In this document: in pieces, positions 20,576-28,977 of the stretch
How the letters are laid out: each line of letters begins with the position of its first letter
How positions within the stretch are numbered: the first letter of the stretch is position 1
DNA from: Bacilli bacterium
GTDB taxonomy: Bacteria > Bacillota_I > Bacilli_A > RF39 > UBA660
Direction: 5' to 3'
DNA length: 64,000 nt
Assembly (NCBI GenBank): GCA_031549195.1
Contig: JAVBQF010000020.1
Location: forward strand, 17,894 to 81,893
Made by a program: the position numbers and the translations under genes
Notes under the pieces: generated by a model
Database searches by the model: none
What the model was told of the DNA's origin: nothing
What the model saw: the letters and a program-made list of their open reading frames with translations, nothing else

Positions 20576-22027
20576 ATGGCTTTGATTAAGTGTAAAGAAT
20601 GTAATACAGAAATTAGTGATAAAGCAACTTGTTGTGTAAACTGCGGTTATCCTATAGAAAAAGCTACACTAATAGAATGTAGTGAATGTAAGACACATGT
20701 TAATGCTAATGATACAATTTGCTATAATTGTGGGGCGCCGATAGTTGTAAAACAAGGAAAAGAGTATGAGGTTATTAAAGAACAACCAAAGACAACAAAT
20801 AAAAAAGCAAAACAAGAAAGACCAATATTTTTTATAATTGTAGTGGCAATTATAATCTTAATATTAGTTTCTTTTCTTGGATATTTTGCTTATAATAAAG
20901 TCTTTAGGAATAATGATATAACAGAAAGCAGTAATGAAGATAAAGTAAATAATAAGGTGGATTCTAAACCATACTTTAAAGTTTACAATCTTCTTACTTA
21001 TGAAGGACAAACTGCTACCATTAAATTCTTTGATGGCGACACTTGCAAAACAGATTTTACAGCACTGTTTAAAACAATAACTACTAGTAGTGGAAAGTTA
21101 ATAACCACCTTTAACGATGAAAAGCCATGTAATTATGAAGTTAGTTCAGACAAAGAACTAATAATTACATTAAAAGCCACCTTTGATGTTAATTCAACTA
21201 TTGGCGGTCAATTTGGATATATATATCAAAATAGTTCAATAGTTCTAACTGACAATCAGCAAATAACAATTAAGTTTAATGATGATTATAGTTCTTTTGA
21301 ATATCTAAATGGTAACTGGTATGCTGGTAGCACTCCTTTTAGGGTTTATTTTTCAGATAAAAAACAAGAGGATAATTCTAATAGTAATAGTTCAAATAAT
21401 AATGCTAAGATATCATCAGAAATTGATTTAAATAACTCTACTATAAAAAAAGTAAGTAAGTATCTAACTTTAGATGGAAAAAATCTTAATATGGAATTTG
21501 AACTTGTTGATGACTATTGGTATCAAATTGTAAAAATTAATGGAAAAGATATTAAAGATAAAAAGGTAACAGGAAATAAATTTATTGCTTTTGGAGATTT
21601 AATTGCTGTTATTAGAGGCTGTGGTTGTGACGATATAACTTCTCCATATTTATCTGTAATTGACCAATCAGGAAAAGAGATACTAAATCAAAAGGATTTA
21701 AAATATGATGACTATTTTAGTAAAAGAGATGCAAAAGTTAGTGGAGATACAATTACTATTACAGTGTCGAGGCTAGGTGAAGGAGATGCTACTTATTGGA
21801 AATGTCACTATTTGACTGGAAAGAATTACGGATTTGAAGTTTTAACACAAGCAAACTATTCTCAATATGCTAATAAAGTTGGTTCTATAGAATATGAAAT
21901 CAAGAATTTAGGTAATCAAAAAATATCTAAGCTTACTAAAACAAAGGAAATAAAAATTAGTGAAATAGTATCATTGCAGCAATGTATTGATGAAGAAAAA
22001 CAATGGAATGAAATGAATGGTTATTGA
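20576..22027 (+). CDS. zinc-ribbon membrane protein paralog 1 (two N-terminal zinc ribbons, one TM, large extracytoplasmic domain)
   Basis: MALIKCKECNTEISDKATCCVNCGYPI and a second CxxC...CxxC ribbon, then a TM helix and a ~370-aa Asn/Ser-rich domain. Confidence 0.5.
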   Translation: MALIKCKECNTEISDKATCCVNCGYPIEKATLIECSECKTHVNANDTICYNCGAPIVVKQGKEYEVIKEQPKTTNKKAKQERPIFFIIVVAIIILILVSFLGYFAYNKVFRNNDITESSNEDKVNNKVDSKPYFKVYNLLTYEGQTATIKFFDGDTCKTDFTALFKTITTSSGKLITTFNDEKPCNYEVSSDKELIITLKATFDVNSTIGGQFGYIYQNSSIVLTDNQQITIKFNDDYSSFEYLNGNWYAGSTPFRVYFSDKKQEDNSNSNSSNNNAKISSEIDLNNSTIKKVSKYLTLDGKNLNMEFELVDDYWYQIVKINGKDIKDKKVTGNKFIAFGDLIAVIRGCGCDDITSPYLSVIDQSGKEILNQKDLKYDDYFSKRDAKVSGDTITITVSRLGEGDATYWKCHYLTGKNYGFEVLTQANYSQYANKVGSIEYEIKNLGNQKISKLTKTKEIKISEIVSLQQCIDEEKQWNEMNGY

Positions 22028-22087
22028 TAAAAAAAGATAATCAAATTATATCTAATATAAAATAAAATAAAGAAAAGAGGTTAGTAT

Positions 22088-22570
22088 ATGGCATTAATAA
22101 AATGTAAGGAATGTGGAAAAGAGATTAGTGATAGGGCCGAGGCTTGTGTTAAGTGTGGGAGTCCAATCGCAGTAAATAATAGCAAAACAATCAAAAAACA
22201 AGAAAAATATACAGGAGTAAAAGTTATTTCCTTTCTATTTCCTTTAATTGGTTTTATTATTTATGGAGTAAATATAGGAACAAATAAAACATGTGCTAAG
22301 GCTGGATTAAAAGGTGCCCTATTCGGAATATTTTTTATTCCAGTGTTATGTATTTTATTTATGTTAACAGTATCTTCATTTGTAACAAAAAAAGCAAACA
22401 GTGAAATAGAGAAGAAAAATTGCTGTTATCAATATGCTTCAAGCTATAATTTAAGTCAATATATTAGTTTTAATAATGGTAAATGTAAAATATCGAATGG
22501 ATATGAAATTGAAACAATACCTGAAGAATATTATTTTAATTCAAAAACTAGTACCTGTTTAAATAGATAG
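22088..22570 (+). CDS. zinc-ribbon membrane protein paralog 2
   Basis: MALIKCKECGKEISDRAEACVKCGSPI, then two TM helices. The C-terminal 11 aa NLSQYISFNNG are shared with the YdbC-like gene. Confidence 0.5.
   Translation: MALIKCKECGKEISDRAEACVKCGSPIAVNNSKTIKKQEKYTGVKVISFLFPLIGFIIYGVNIGTNKTCAKAGLKGALFGIFFIPVLCILFMLTVSSFVTKKANSEIEKKNCCYQYASSYNLSQYISFNNGKCKISNGYEIETIPEEYYFNSKTSTCLNR
22448..22480. repeat. 33-bp perfect inverted repeat, left arm (right arm at 23232-23264)
   Basis: AATTTAAGTCAATATATTAGTTTTAATAATGGT recurs as its exact reverse complement at 23232-23264. Confidence 0.7.
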
Positions 22571-22659
22571 TAATTTGATTTAATCATTTGAGTGATCAAT
22601 AATTAAAAAAATGTTTGTCGCTTTTTATTATATAATGTAATTAATAGGAGTGTGGTTTT

Positions 22660-23028
22660 ATGGCTTTGATTAAATGTAGGGCATGTGGAAAAGAGATTAG
22701 TGATAGGGCTGAGGCTTGTGTTAAGTGCGGGTTTCCACTTGGAATGGATGCATTTATAATGTGTAGTGAGTGTAATGAACCCATCAATTCCAATGATCAA
22801 CATTGCAAAAGATGTGGTGCACCAACAGTAGTTACAACCATAGAAGAAATAGTACCACAAAAAATAGTTGGTTCTGGTGTGTCTAAATATTTGAAGTCAA
22901 TCCCGGTTATCATTTTTAAATATACATTGTTTGTACTGCTGTTATTGGCTATAGCAATATTTATAGTACCGATTGGTTCATTATTTATACTTATAACAGT
23001 AATAGTAGTAAAAATATTGGTTAAGTAG
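22660..23028 (+). CDS. zinc-ribbon membrane protein paralog 3
   Basis: MALIKCRACGKEISDRAEACVKCGFPLG plus a second ribbon and a C-terminal TM. A 48-nt 5' segment is near-identical to paralog 2. Confidence 0.5.
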   Translation: MALIKCRACGKEISDRAEACVKCGFPLGMDAFIMCSECNEPINSNDQHCKRCGAPTVVTTIEEIVPQKIVGSGVSKYLKSIPVIIFKYTLFVLLLLAIAIFIVPIGSLFILITVIVVKILVK

Positions 23029-23111
23029 TCACTAAAAGTTAGAAAAAGGGTACAATTATGTATCCTTTTTTGAATTAATGGTTTTGTATAGGATTGTTTT
23101 TTCTATTTTAA

Positions 23112-23342
23112 TTATGGCCGTATAGTATCTATAGCCTCAATTAATTTAATAGCCTCCTCAACAGTCAAAGCAACGCCTTTAATCATTGTGTTATTATTTC
23201 GATTCCATTTTCTAATGTCTAGCATTGGTTCACCATTATTAAAACTAATATATTGACTTAAATTCTTGTCTTTTAAGTGATAATTACTCATAACACAATA
23301 ATTAGCATTTTTAATTACTCTAAATACTCTCATAATAATCAA
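23112..23342 (-). CDS. YdbC-like (PC4-like ssDNA-binding fold) small protein
   Basis: NLSQYISFNNGEPMLDIRKWNRNN...GVALTVEEAIKLIEAI resembles the YdbC/DUF family (ELNLISWNGR..KYDIRDW...GITLS.EE). Confidence 0.45.
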   Translation of the reverse strand: MIIMRVFRVIKNANYCVMSNYHLKDKNLSQYISFNNGEPMLDIRKWNRNNNTMIKGVALTVEEAIKLIEAIDTIRP

Positions 23343-23496
23343 CCCATTTCACTAGATTAATTATAAATGGATTTTAAATAAACGTACACAAGCCCAAACA
23401 TATCCCATTTAATCTCCATTGAACAGAAATATTTTTCTTAATAAAATATATTACTTTGTGTAGTTTGTTTCCCTAATATCATCTAAATAATAAAAA

Positions 23497-23535
23497 AATG
23501 ATGGTATCCATTAATTTTAATTCATCATTTTTGCT
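23497..23535. terminator. bidirectional terminator hairpin
   Basis: AAAAATGATG-loop-CATCATTTTT. Confidence 0.45.
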
Positions 23536-23544
23536 ATCTTAAAC

Positions 23545-24234
23545 TTACATTTTATGTACAAGTGTTTTTTGATTAGTAACGGTAGCAATTATTCTACCAC
23601 TTCCAGATATCTCATCTGGATCAATATTTTCTTTAACTTCCATTGAGTCAACCACTAGATTGTGACGTTCTAATGCTTCACGTATTTCAACTTCAGTATG
23701 TAAGCTTACAAATAAAGACTTCTCACCTTTTCCATCTGGCATAAGTGATTCATCTACAAATTGTTCCCCAATACCACATTGAGTAACAAGTAACATTTTG
23801 CCTCCATCTTTTAATATCCTAGAAAGCGAACTTAATACAAAGTCTAAATTATCTCTAGGGATAAAATATAAAGTATAAATTGCGATTAACCCATCTATTG
23901 AATTTTCATCAAAACTATTATTAATATCCATTAGATCCATATTTAAAAATTTTAAATGAGGATATTTTTCTTTAGCAATTTTAATCATTTTTTCGCTAAA
24001 ATCAATACCAACAGGAATCAAACCGTTATTTGCTAAATAATTAGTGATATATCCTCCGCCACAACCTAAATCTAACACTGCTCCGTTTGATGGGGTTGAT
24101 TGAATAAAAGAATTAATCTCATCAATGAATTCCCAATCGTCGCCAAAATATTCAACATATTTTTCAGCAGTAATATTAAAAATATCTTTAACATTTTTCT
24201 TTTTTTCTTCATTTGTCATATTTACTTCTAACAT
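23545..24234 (-). CDS. class I SAM-dependent methyltransferase
   Basis: Motif I VLDLGCGGG, post-I GIDFSEKMI and motif IV-like LIAIYTLYFI. Confidence 0.75.
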   Translation of the reverse strand: MLEVNMTNEEKKKNVKDIFNITAEKYVEYFGDDWEFIDEINSFIQSTPSNGAVLDLGCGGGYITNYLANNGLIPVGIDFSEKMIKIAKEKYPHLKFLNMDLMDINNSFDENSIDGLIAIYTLYFIPRDNLDFVLSSLSRILKDGGKMLLVTQCGIGEQFVDESLMPDGKGEKSLFVSLHTEVEIREALERHNLVVDSMEVKENIDPDEISGSGRIIATVTNQKTLVHKM

Positions 24235-24242
24235 TCTATTAC

Positions 24243-24923
24243 CTACTTAATTTTTTTAACTATTATAGTAAATTGATTAGTATCAACATGAGGTTCTGAT
24301 ACTTTTGAGGCATTAAATATTGGATTATCAAAAAAGCCAATAATCTCATAGCCTTTATTTATAAAATAACTTTCAAAGAAATCCTTTGAATAAAAATTAA
24401 AATAAGTTTTATATTTTGGATTAAATGGCTCATCTTCGAATATTTCCTTTTCACCATTCTTTAATTCCATAACATTAATAGCAATTATTCCATTGGTTCT
24501 TAGTATATTATCAAATTTATCTAAAACTTTTAATCATTCTCCATCATTAATATGTATTAAGGTAGCAAAACATATGATGGCATCAAAACTATTTTTACCA
24601 AAATCTAAGCCTCTAATATCCATTACTCTAAAATCTGCCTTAGGGGCATTTTTTTTAGCTTCTTCTATCATATTTTTAGAAGAGTCAACCCCTATTACAG
24701 AAAAACTCTTATTACATTTTTCAGTTAGATATTTTGGATAATCGCCAGTTGCACAGCCAATATCTATTATAGAGGCATTATCACTCATATTATTAACAAT
24801 ATAATCTACTTCTTTTTGAAATTGAACATTACCTTTTAAATCCTTTGATTTAAAATATTCTACATATTCATTTACTATGTTATCATAAGTTTCAATTGTT
24901 ATATCCGTTTTATTCTTACTCAT
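24243..24923 (-). pseudogene. paralogous SAM-dependent methyltransferase interrupted by one in-frame TGA
   Basis: ORFs 24534-24971 and 24243-24470 are in the same frame and separated only by a TGA at ~24534-24536. The read-through peptide INDGE*LKVLDKFDNILRTNGIIAINV aligns with the paralog, and the stop sits where a W is expected. Motif I IIDIGCATG. Likely ATG at 24921-24923 with an AGGTG RBS. Confidence 0.55.
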
Positions 24924-25015
24924 AAAGCACCTCGTTAATACAATTATATAATTTTTAAGTTTTTTTAGCAATTCATTAAGTGTTTTTAATATATCAAATA
25001 CTATATTATGGTTAT

Positions 25016-25198
25016 GTGAGTAAGTGATAATGTGATATATTTTAGTGAAATAAAAAGTATAAATAGAATTAATTATTCTATACTTTTTTAATCCACAAAA
25101 ATATTAAAATATCGCCTAATTATTGCCTAGAGCATTTTAAAAAACTTGCAAACCCTTTAAGTGCAACAAAAATGAGAGCTTTCGCGCTCTTCAGGGGG
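25016..25198. repeat. ~183-bp direct repeat copy A (includes terminator-hairpin module copy 2)
   Basis: GTGAGTAAGTGATAATGTGATATATTTTAGT...CAACAAAAATGAGAGCTTTCGCGCTCTTCAGGGGG. About 90% identical to 28236-28418. Confidence 0.7.
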
Positions 25199-25315
25199 CC
25201 GAATAATATCGACCACATTCCATTTCAATTTATGTTAATCTCTTATAATTTAAGAGATTTTCATTTCAAAAAATGTTAATAAAAGTTAAATGATTTTAAT
25301 AAAAATTACTGTTTT

Positions 25316-25340
25316 GGTATCTAATTGGGTATCTAATTTT
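25316..25340. repeat. tandem GGTATCTAATT(G)GGTATCTAATTTT motif immediately after the Cys-rich gene stop
   Basis: Variant of the GGTACCTAAAT tandem motif seen at 28521-28545 and 34151-34173. Confidence 0.5.
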
Positions 25341-25342
25341 TT

Positions 25343-26035
25343 TTATTTTTGAGTCATTATCCATTTAACAATTTCTTTTTTTATTGCATAATATTCTTCT
25401 TCTTCAAATTGCATATTTGCTATACAAAATCTTTTGTTAGAAATGTGGGCACAAAACATACATTCATGCAAAGTGTTACAATCTTGAATGAAAAATGAAT
25501 TACTAATTTTTCCTGAACATATAACATTATAGCTATTAGTACACCCATTTGAGTCATCTACTCTAATAGAATAACTACATTCACCTGATCTTTGAGAAGC
25601 TAATACATATTCGCCATGATGACAGCCATCTGAAAATACAACATTTTTACACCCAAAGCAATTTGATGATCTTACAACATTTTCAGATTCATAAACTGTA
25701 TCACATTCAATTACATTTTCACAATTATAGTTTCTTTCCGTTGTAGTATAATTAATTTTTGCCCAAATTTTCATAATATCATCTAATCCAGATATTTCTA
25801 TTTTAGGTTGCATCCAACTATCGATTTTTTCACTATTTTTTTCAGATATAAACTTTGTTGGATTAATTGAAGCTGCCCAAGTTGATTCTCCGGTTGTAGA
25901 ATCTTTAACTTCTTGAGGTAATTTTACATCAAAAGCAAACTTTTCAAGAATTTCCTCGTTAGTAAATGGATTTTCACAATTAAATACATTTGCAAATATT
26001 TTATCAATAATATCCTTTGTCATTTTGTCTTTCAT
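25343..26035 (-). CDS. cysteine-rich repeat protein of unknown function (partner of the HerA-like ATPase)
   Basis: 230 aa. The C-terminal 130 aa hold 16 Cys in roughly 20-aa repeats (NCFGCKNVVFSDGCHHGEY..., SGECSYSIRV..., NGCTNSYNVICSG..., CNTLHECMFCAH). Overlaps the upstream ATPase gene by 11 nt. Confidence 0.45.
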   Translation of the reverse strand: MKDKMTKDIIDKIFANVFNCENPFTNEEILEKFAFDVKLPQEVKDSTTGESTWAASINPTKFISEKNSEKIDSWMQPKIEISGLDDIMKIWAKINYTTTERNYNCENVIECDTVYESENVVRSSNCFGCKNVVFSDGCHHGEYVLASQRSGECSYSIRVDDSNGCTNSYNVICSGKISNSFFIQDCNTLHECMFCAHISNKRFCIANMQFEEEEYYAIKKEIVKWIMTQK

Positions 26036-26041
26036 AATTTC

Positions 26042-27919
26042 TTACCTCACTTTCTTTCTACTTGTTGATTGTTCTATCATCAAGTCATTTAATGTAATTC
26101 TACTTTCAATACTAAATTGTCTTTTAGGCACTTCGCTTTTAGGTTCAATATCCACCATTGAGCTAACAGGTTTTATTTCTATCTTTCTTCTAGTTTTTGG
26201 TATAAAATCTAATGTTTTTGCCTTTATTGCTGGTAGTATTAAACCATTTGAACTAACTCTTACTATACATTCTCTATCGTTTAAATTAGATAATAAATTA
26301 GTCCGATTTTCTGATGTATTATCAATTGCTAATTTAATTGATAAATTTTCTTCTAACATTGCAGCGTCTAATTTTGATACCCTAAAAACATAATAATTAG
26401 AAATGTTAGCAAATATAGAGTTTCGTAAATTTTCACTTATTTGATTAAAATATTGTCCTGCTAATACTAATGATAAGTTGTATTTTCTAGCTTCTGATAA
26501 AAATCTAGCCATAATTGGACTTTCTATAATTGGAACTTCATCTATCATAAGAATAATATGTTCATCTAATGTTGCAGACTGAATTATATCCATTATTTGT
26601 CCTAAAGCAAGTCCTACAATAGTTTTAGTAGCTTTTTCTCCTAACTTTGTTCTATCTAGCGAAAAAATAGTAAGAAAATTATTTTTAATTGTCGTTTCTA
26701 TATTTTCTACTTTCTCTTTGTTATTAAAAGTGGGTAATAATATAACTTCATCTATAAAAGACACGATTGGTGCAATACTCTCATTATATGATCTGGTTTT
26801 TAATTCATTGAAATCAGTTAAAAAGAAATCAATAACAGGATCAGGTAAAATAGGTGTTAATTCTTTTACTAAATTCATTCTAAAATCTGTATCTAAAACA
26901 ATTTTTCTAATATTTATAAATGAAAAATCTTTTTTGGCTAACAATATGTATGCAACGTATCTTAATAATCGTTCGATCTTTGAATTATATTGGTCTGCAA
27001 TTAATGTTTTGAATAATGTTATTATCATTTCAGTTGAAGACACAATATCATCATTGTTATTAGCAAATAAATCAACACTACCACTTACATCTAAAAAATT
27101 TAAAACTTTACTCTCTGAAAGCCCACCAATATCATTTTCCAATGAAGCATGAGGATCAATTACTATTATTTTATACTTTAAATGGTAATCTGAATTATTA
27201 GAAATATTATTAATAAATAAACTCATTAATTTTGATTTACCAGTACCACTACCACCAATAATTAAAGAATGTTTATCAAAATTATACTCATTCTGATTTA
27301 AAAAATAATCACCCTGTAGAAAAGGGAATGTATCAACTTTTAAAATACTATTTGTTGATTCACTTTTTAACAAGTGAAGTGATTTTTGTATATCTAAATA
27401 TTTAGGCTTCTTCTTATAAAAGAATCTTGTATCTTTATAATTAGCGCTTAATATTGTAGTCGCTGGATTAATAAAAGATCTATGAATTGATAACGTTTTG
27501 TTATGGGTGTTTTCAAATATGCATTTAGTGTTTGAAAAAAACTTATCATCTTTTAACAACGAAAACTTAAAACAAATTTGCTTTAGTTTTCTTAAATATT
27601 TTATTTCATTATTATCATAAATATCAATTAAACTTGATCCAATTGATGGTAAATAAAATAAACCATAATTATATTTTAAATTTAGATTAACTTCTACTTT
27701 TTTAAATAAAAAATCTGACATATCACCAATTGTTGGTGGTAATTCTTTAGTGGATATAATGAAATATCTTACTTCGTTTAATTCTATGCTAACTATTAAT
27801 TCCCATTTTTTAAAGTAGCCCATATATTTTGAAATTAAAAGTATTAGTTTATGCCAATTTTCTTTAGAGACATAGTTAGAAGCTAAAAATATTTCTGATA
27901 TAAAACTACTTTTCTTCAT
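26042..27919 (-). CDS. HerA/FtsK/VirB4-like P-loop ATPase (DUF87-type)
   Basis: Walker A IIGGSGTGKSKL about 225 aa in. IVIDPHASL (the DPH motif typical of HerA/VirB4). Walker B HIILMIDEVP. LVLAGQY arginine-finger region. A ~220-aa N-terminal domain could be a HAS-barrel. Confidence 0.6.
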   Translation of the reverse strand: MKKSSFISEIFLASNYVSKENWHKLILLISKYMGYFKKWELIVSIELNEVRYFIISTKELPPTIGDMSDFLFKKVEVNLNLKYNYGLFYLPSIGSSLIDIYDNNEIKYLRKLKQICFKFSLLKDDKFFSNTKCIFENTHNKTLSIHRSFINPATTILSANYKDTRFFYKKKPKYLDIQKSLHLLKSESTNSILKVDTFPFLQGDYFLNQNEYNFDKHSLIIGGSGTGKSKLMSLFINNISNNSDYHLKYKIIVIDPHASLENDIGGLSESKVLNFLDVSGSVDLFANNNDDIVSSTEMIITLFKTLIADQYNSKIERLLRYVAYILLAKKDFSFINIRKIVLDTDFRMNLVKELTPILPDPVIDFFLTDFNELKTRSYNESIAPIVSFIDEVILLPTFNNKEKVENIETTIKNNFLTIFSLDRTKLGEKATKTIVGLALGQIMDIIQSATLDEHIILMIDEVPIIESPIMARFLSEARKYNLSLVLAGQYFNQISENLRNSIFANISNYYVFRVSKLDAAMLEENLSIKLAIDNTSENRTNLLSNLNDRECIVRVSSNGLILPAIKAKTLDFIPKTRRKIEIKPVSSMVDIEPKSEVPKRQFSIESRITLNDLMIEQSTSRKKVR

Positions 27920-28005
27920 GGTAATCCCTCCATAAATATAATATCATATTTTCAGTATAATAAGAAGATTTGCAGATGTTTTTGTAATAGTTTTGAATAG
28001 TGTCA

Positions 28006-28087
28006 ATGACGGATGACAGCAGTTTTTGGGATACCCACACACAAATTTACCTGTCATCTGTCATTTTTGCAGGAGGTTCCTGCAAAA
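28006..28087. promoter_or_regulatory. operator-like inverted repeats overlapping the putative -35 of the HerA-like operon
   Basis: ATGACGGATGACAG ... CTGTCATCTGTCAT (13/14 inverted match, ~31-nt spacer), then the perfect palindrome TTTTGCAGG-AGGTT-CCTGCAAAA. The TTGACA -35 (minus strand) abuts the first repeat. Confidence 0.4.
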
Positions 28088-28235
28088 TTAACTATTCGCT
28101 TTTTTCTTCTTCTAAAGTTGTGAATCAATAGCACTTACATAAAAATTTACTCCGCTATTGACACCCTAATGTTATTTAAATAATTAGTTTTTATGCTAAT
28201 ATAAAATACTTCATCAAATCCTATTTTATAGCGAT

Positions 28236-28418
28236 GTGAGTAAGTGATAAAGTGATATATTTTAGTAAAACAAAAAGTATAAATAAAATTAAATTATTCT
28301 ATACTTTTTTAATCCATAAAAATATTAAATATCGCCTAAATATCGCCTAGAGCATTTTTGAAAGCTCACAAACCCTTTAAATACAACAAAAATGAGAGCT
28401 TTCGCTCTCTTCAGGGGG
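28236..28418. repeat. ~183-bp direct repeat copy B (includes terminator-hairpin module copy 3)
   Basis: Near-identical to 25016-25198. Ends ...AATGAGAGCTTTCGCTCTCTTCAGGGGG. Confidence 0.7.
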
Positions 28419-28518
28419 CAATTTCTATCAAGTATATCAATACACTTATGCCCATTTTATCGCACTTTATTGTATAGATATTCACGGTAATTGCCATTAA
28501 TTAACGGTATCATTTAAT

Positions 28519-28545
28519 ATATTGGTACCTAAATGGTACCTAAAA
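28519..28545. repeat. 27-bp direct repeat TATTGGTACCTAAATGGTACCTAAAAT, left copy (attL-like)
   Basis: Identical copy at 34147-34173. Together they flank the integrase-bearing block. Confidence 0.65.
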
Positions 28546-28965
28546 TTAATCTTTTAAATATCCTAACTTTTTAAATAAAATTACACTTGGCGGAACTATA
28601 TCATATTCATTTAGTTTTTCTATCGGTATCCATTCCAATTTTTCTATGTTTTCATTTTCGCCAATTTTTAATTCGCCACCAACATAATCATATGTTGAAT
28701 CTAAATATATAAACTGTTTTTCTTCACCATCTAAATCATTCTTTATTTCAGTATCCCAAGACAAATTTTCGCGTAACTTAATATCAATTCCTGTTTGTTG
28801 TTTAACTATTTCTTTAACTGCAGCTTCAGGATTTTTACCTTCTATTACTTCGCCACCAAATGAATACCAAGTTTCTTTATATGGCAAAGAACCATTAGGT
28901 TTCTTTCTCATCAGAATTTTGCCTTCATGTTCAATTACAGCGATATTTAACACTTTTGTTTTCAA
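28546..28965 (-). CDS. NUDIX hydrolase
   Basis: Nudix box GGEVIEGKNPEAAVKEIVKQQTGI. TTG start. Confidence 0.65.
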   Translation of the reverse strand: MKTKVLNIAVIEHEGKILMRKKPNGSLPYKETWYSFGGEVIEGKNPEAAVKEIVKQQTGIDIKLRENLSWDTEIKNDLDGEEKQFIYLDSTYDYVGGELKIGENENIEKLEWIPIEKLNEYDIVPPSVILFKKLGYLKD

Positions 28966-28977
28966 GATTAACCTCCT

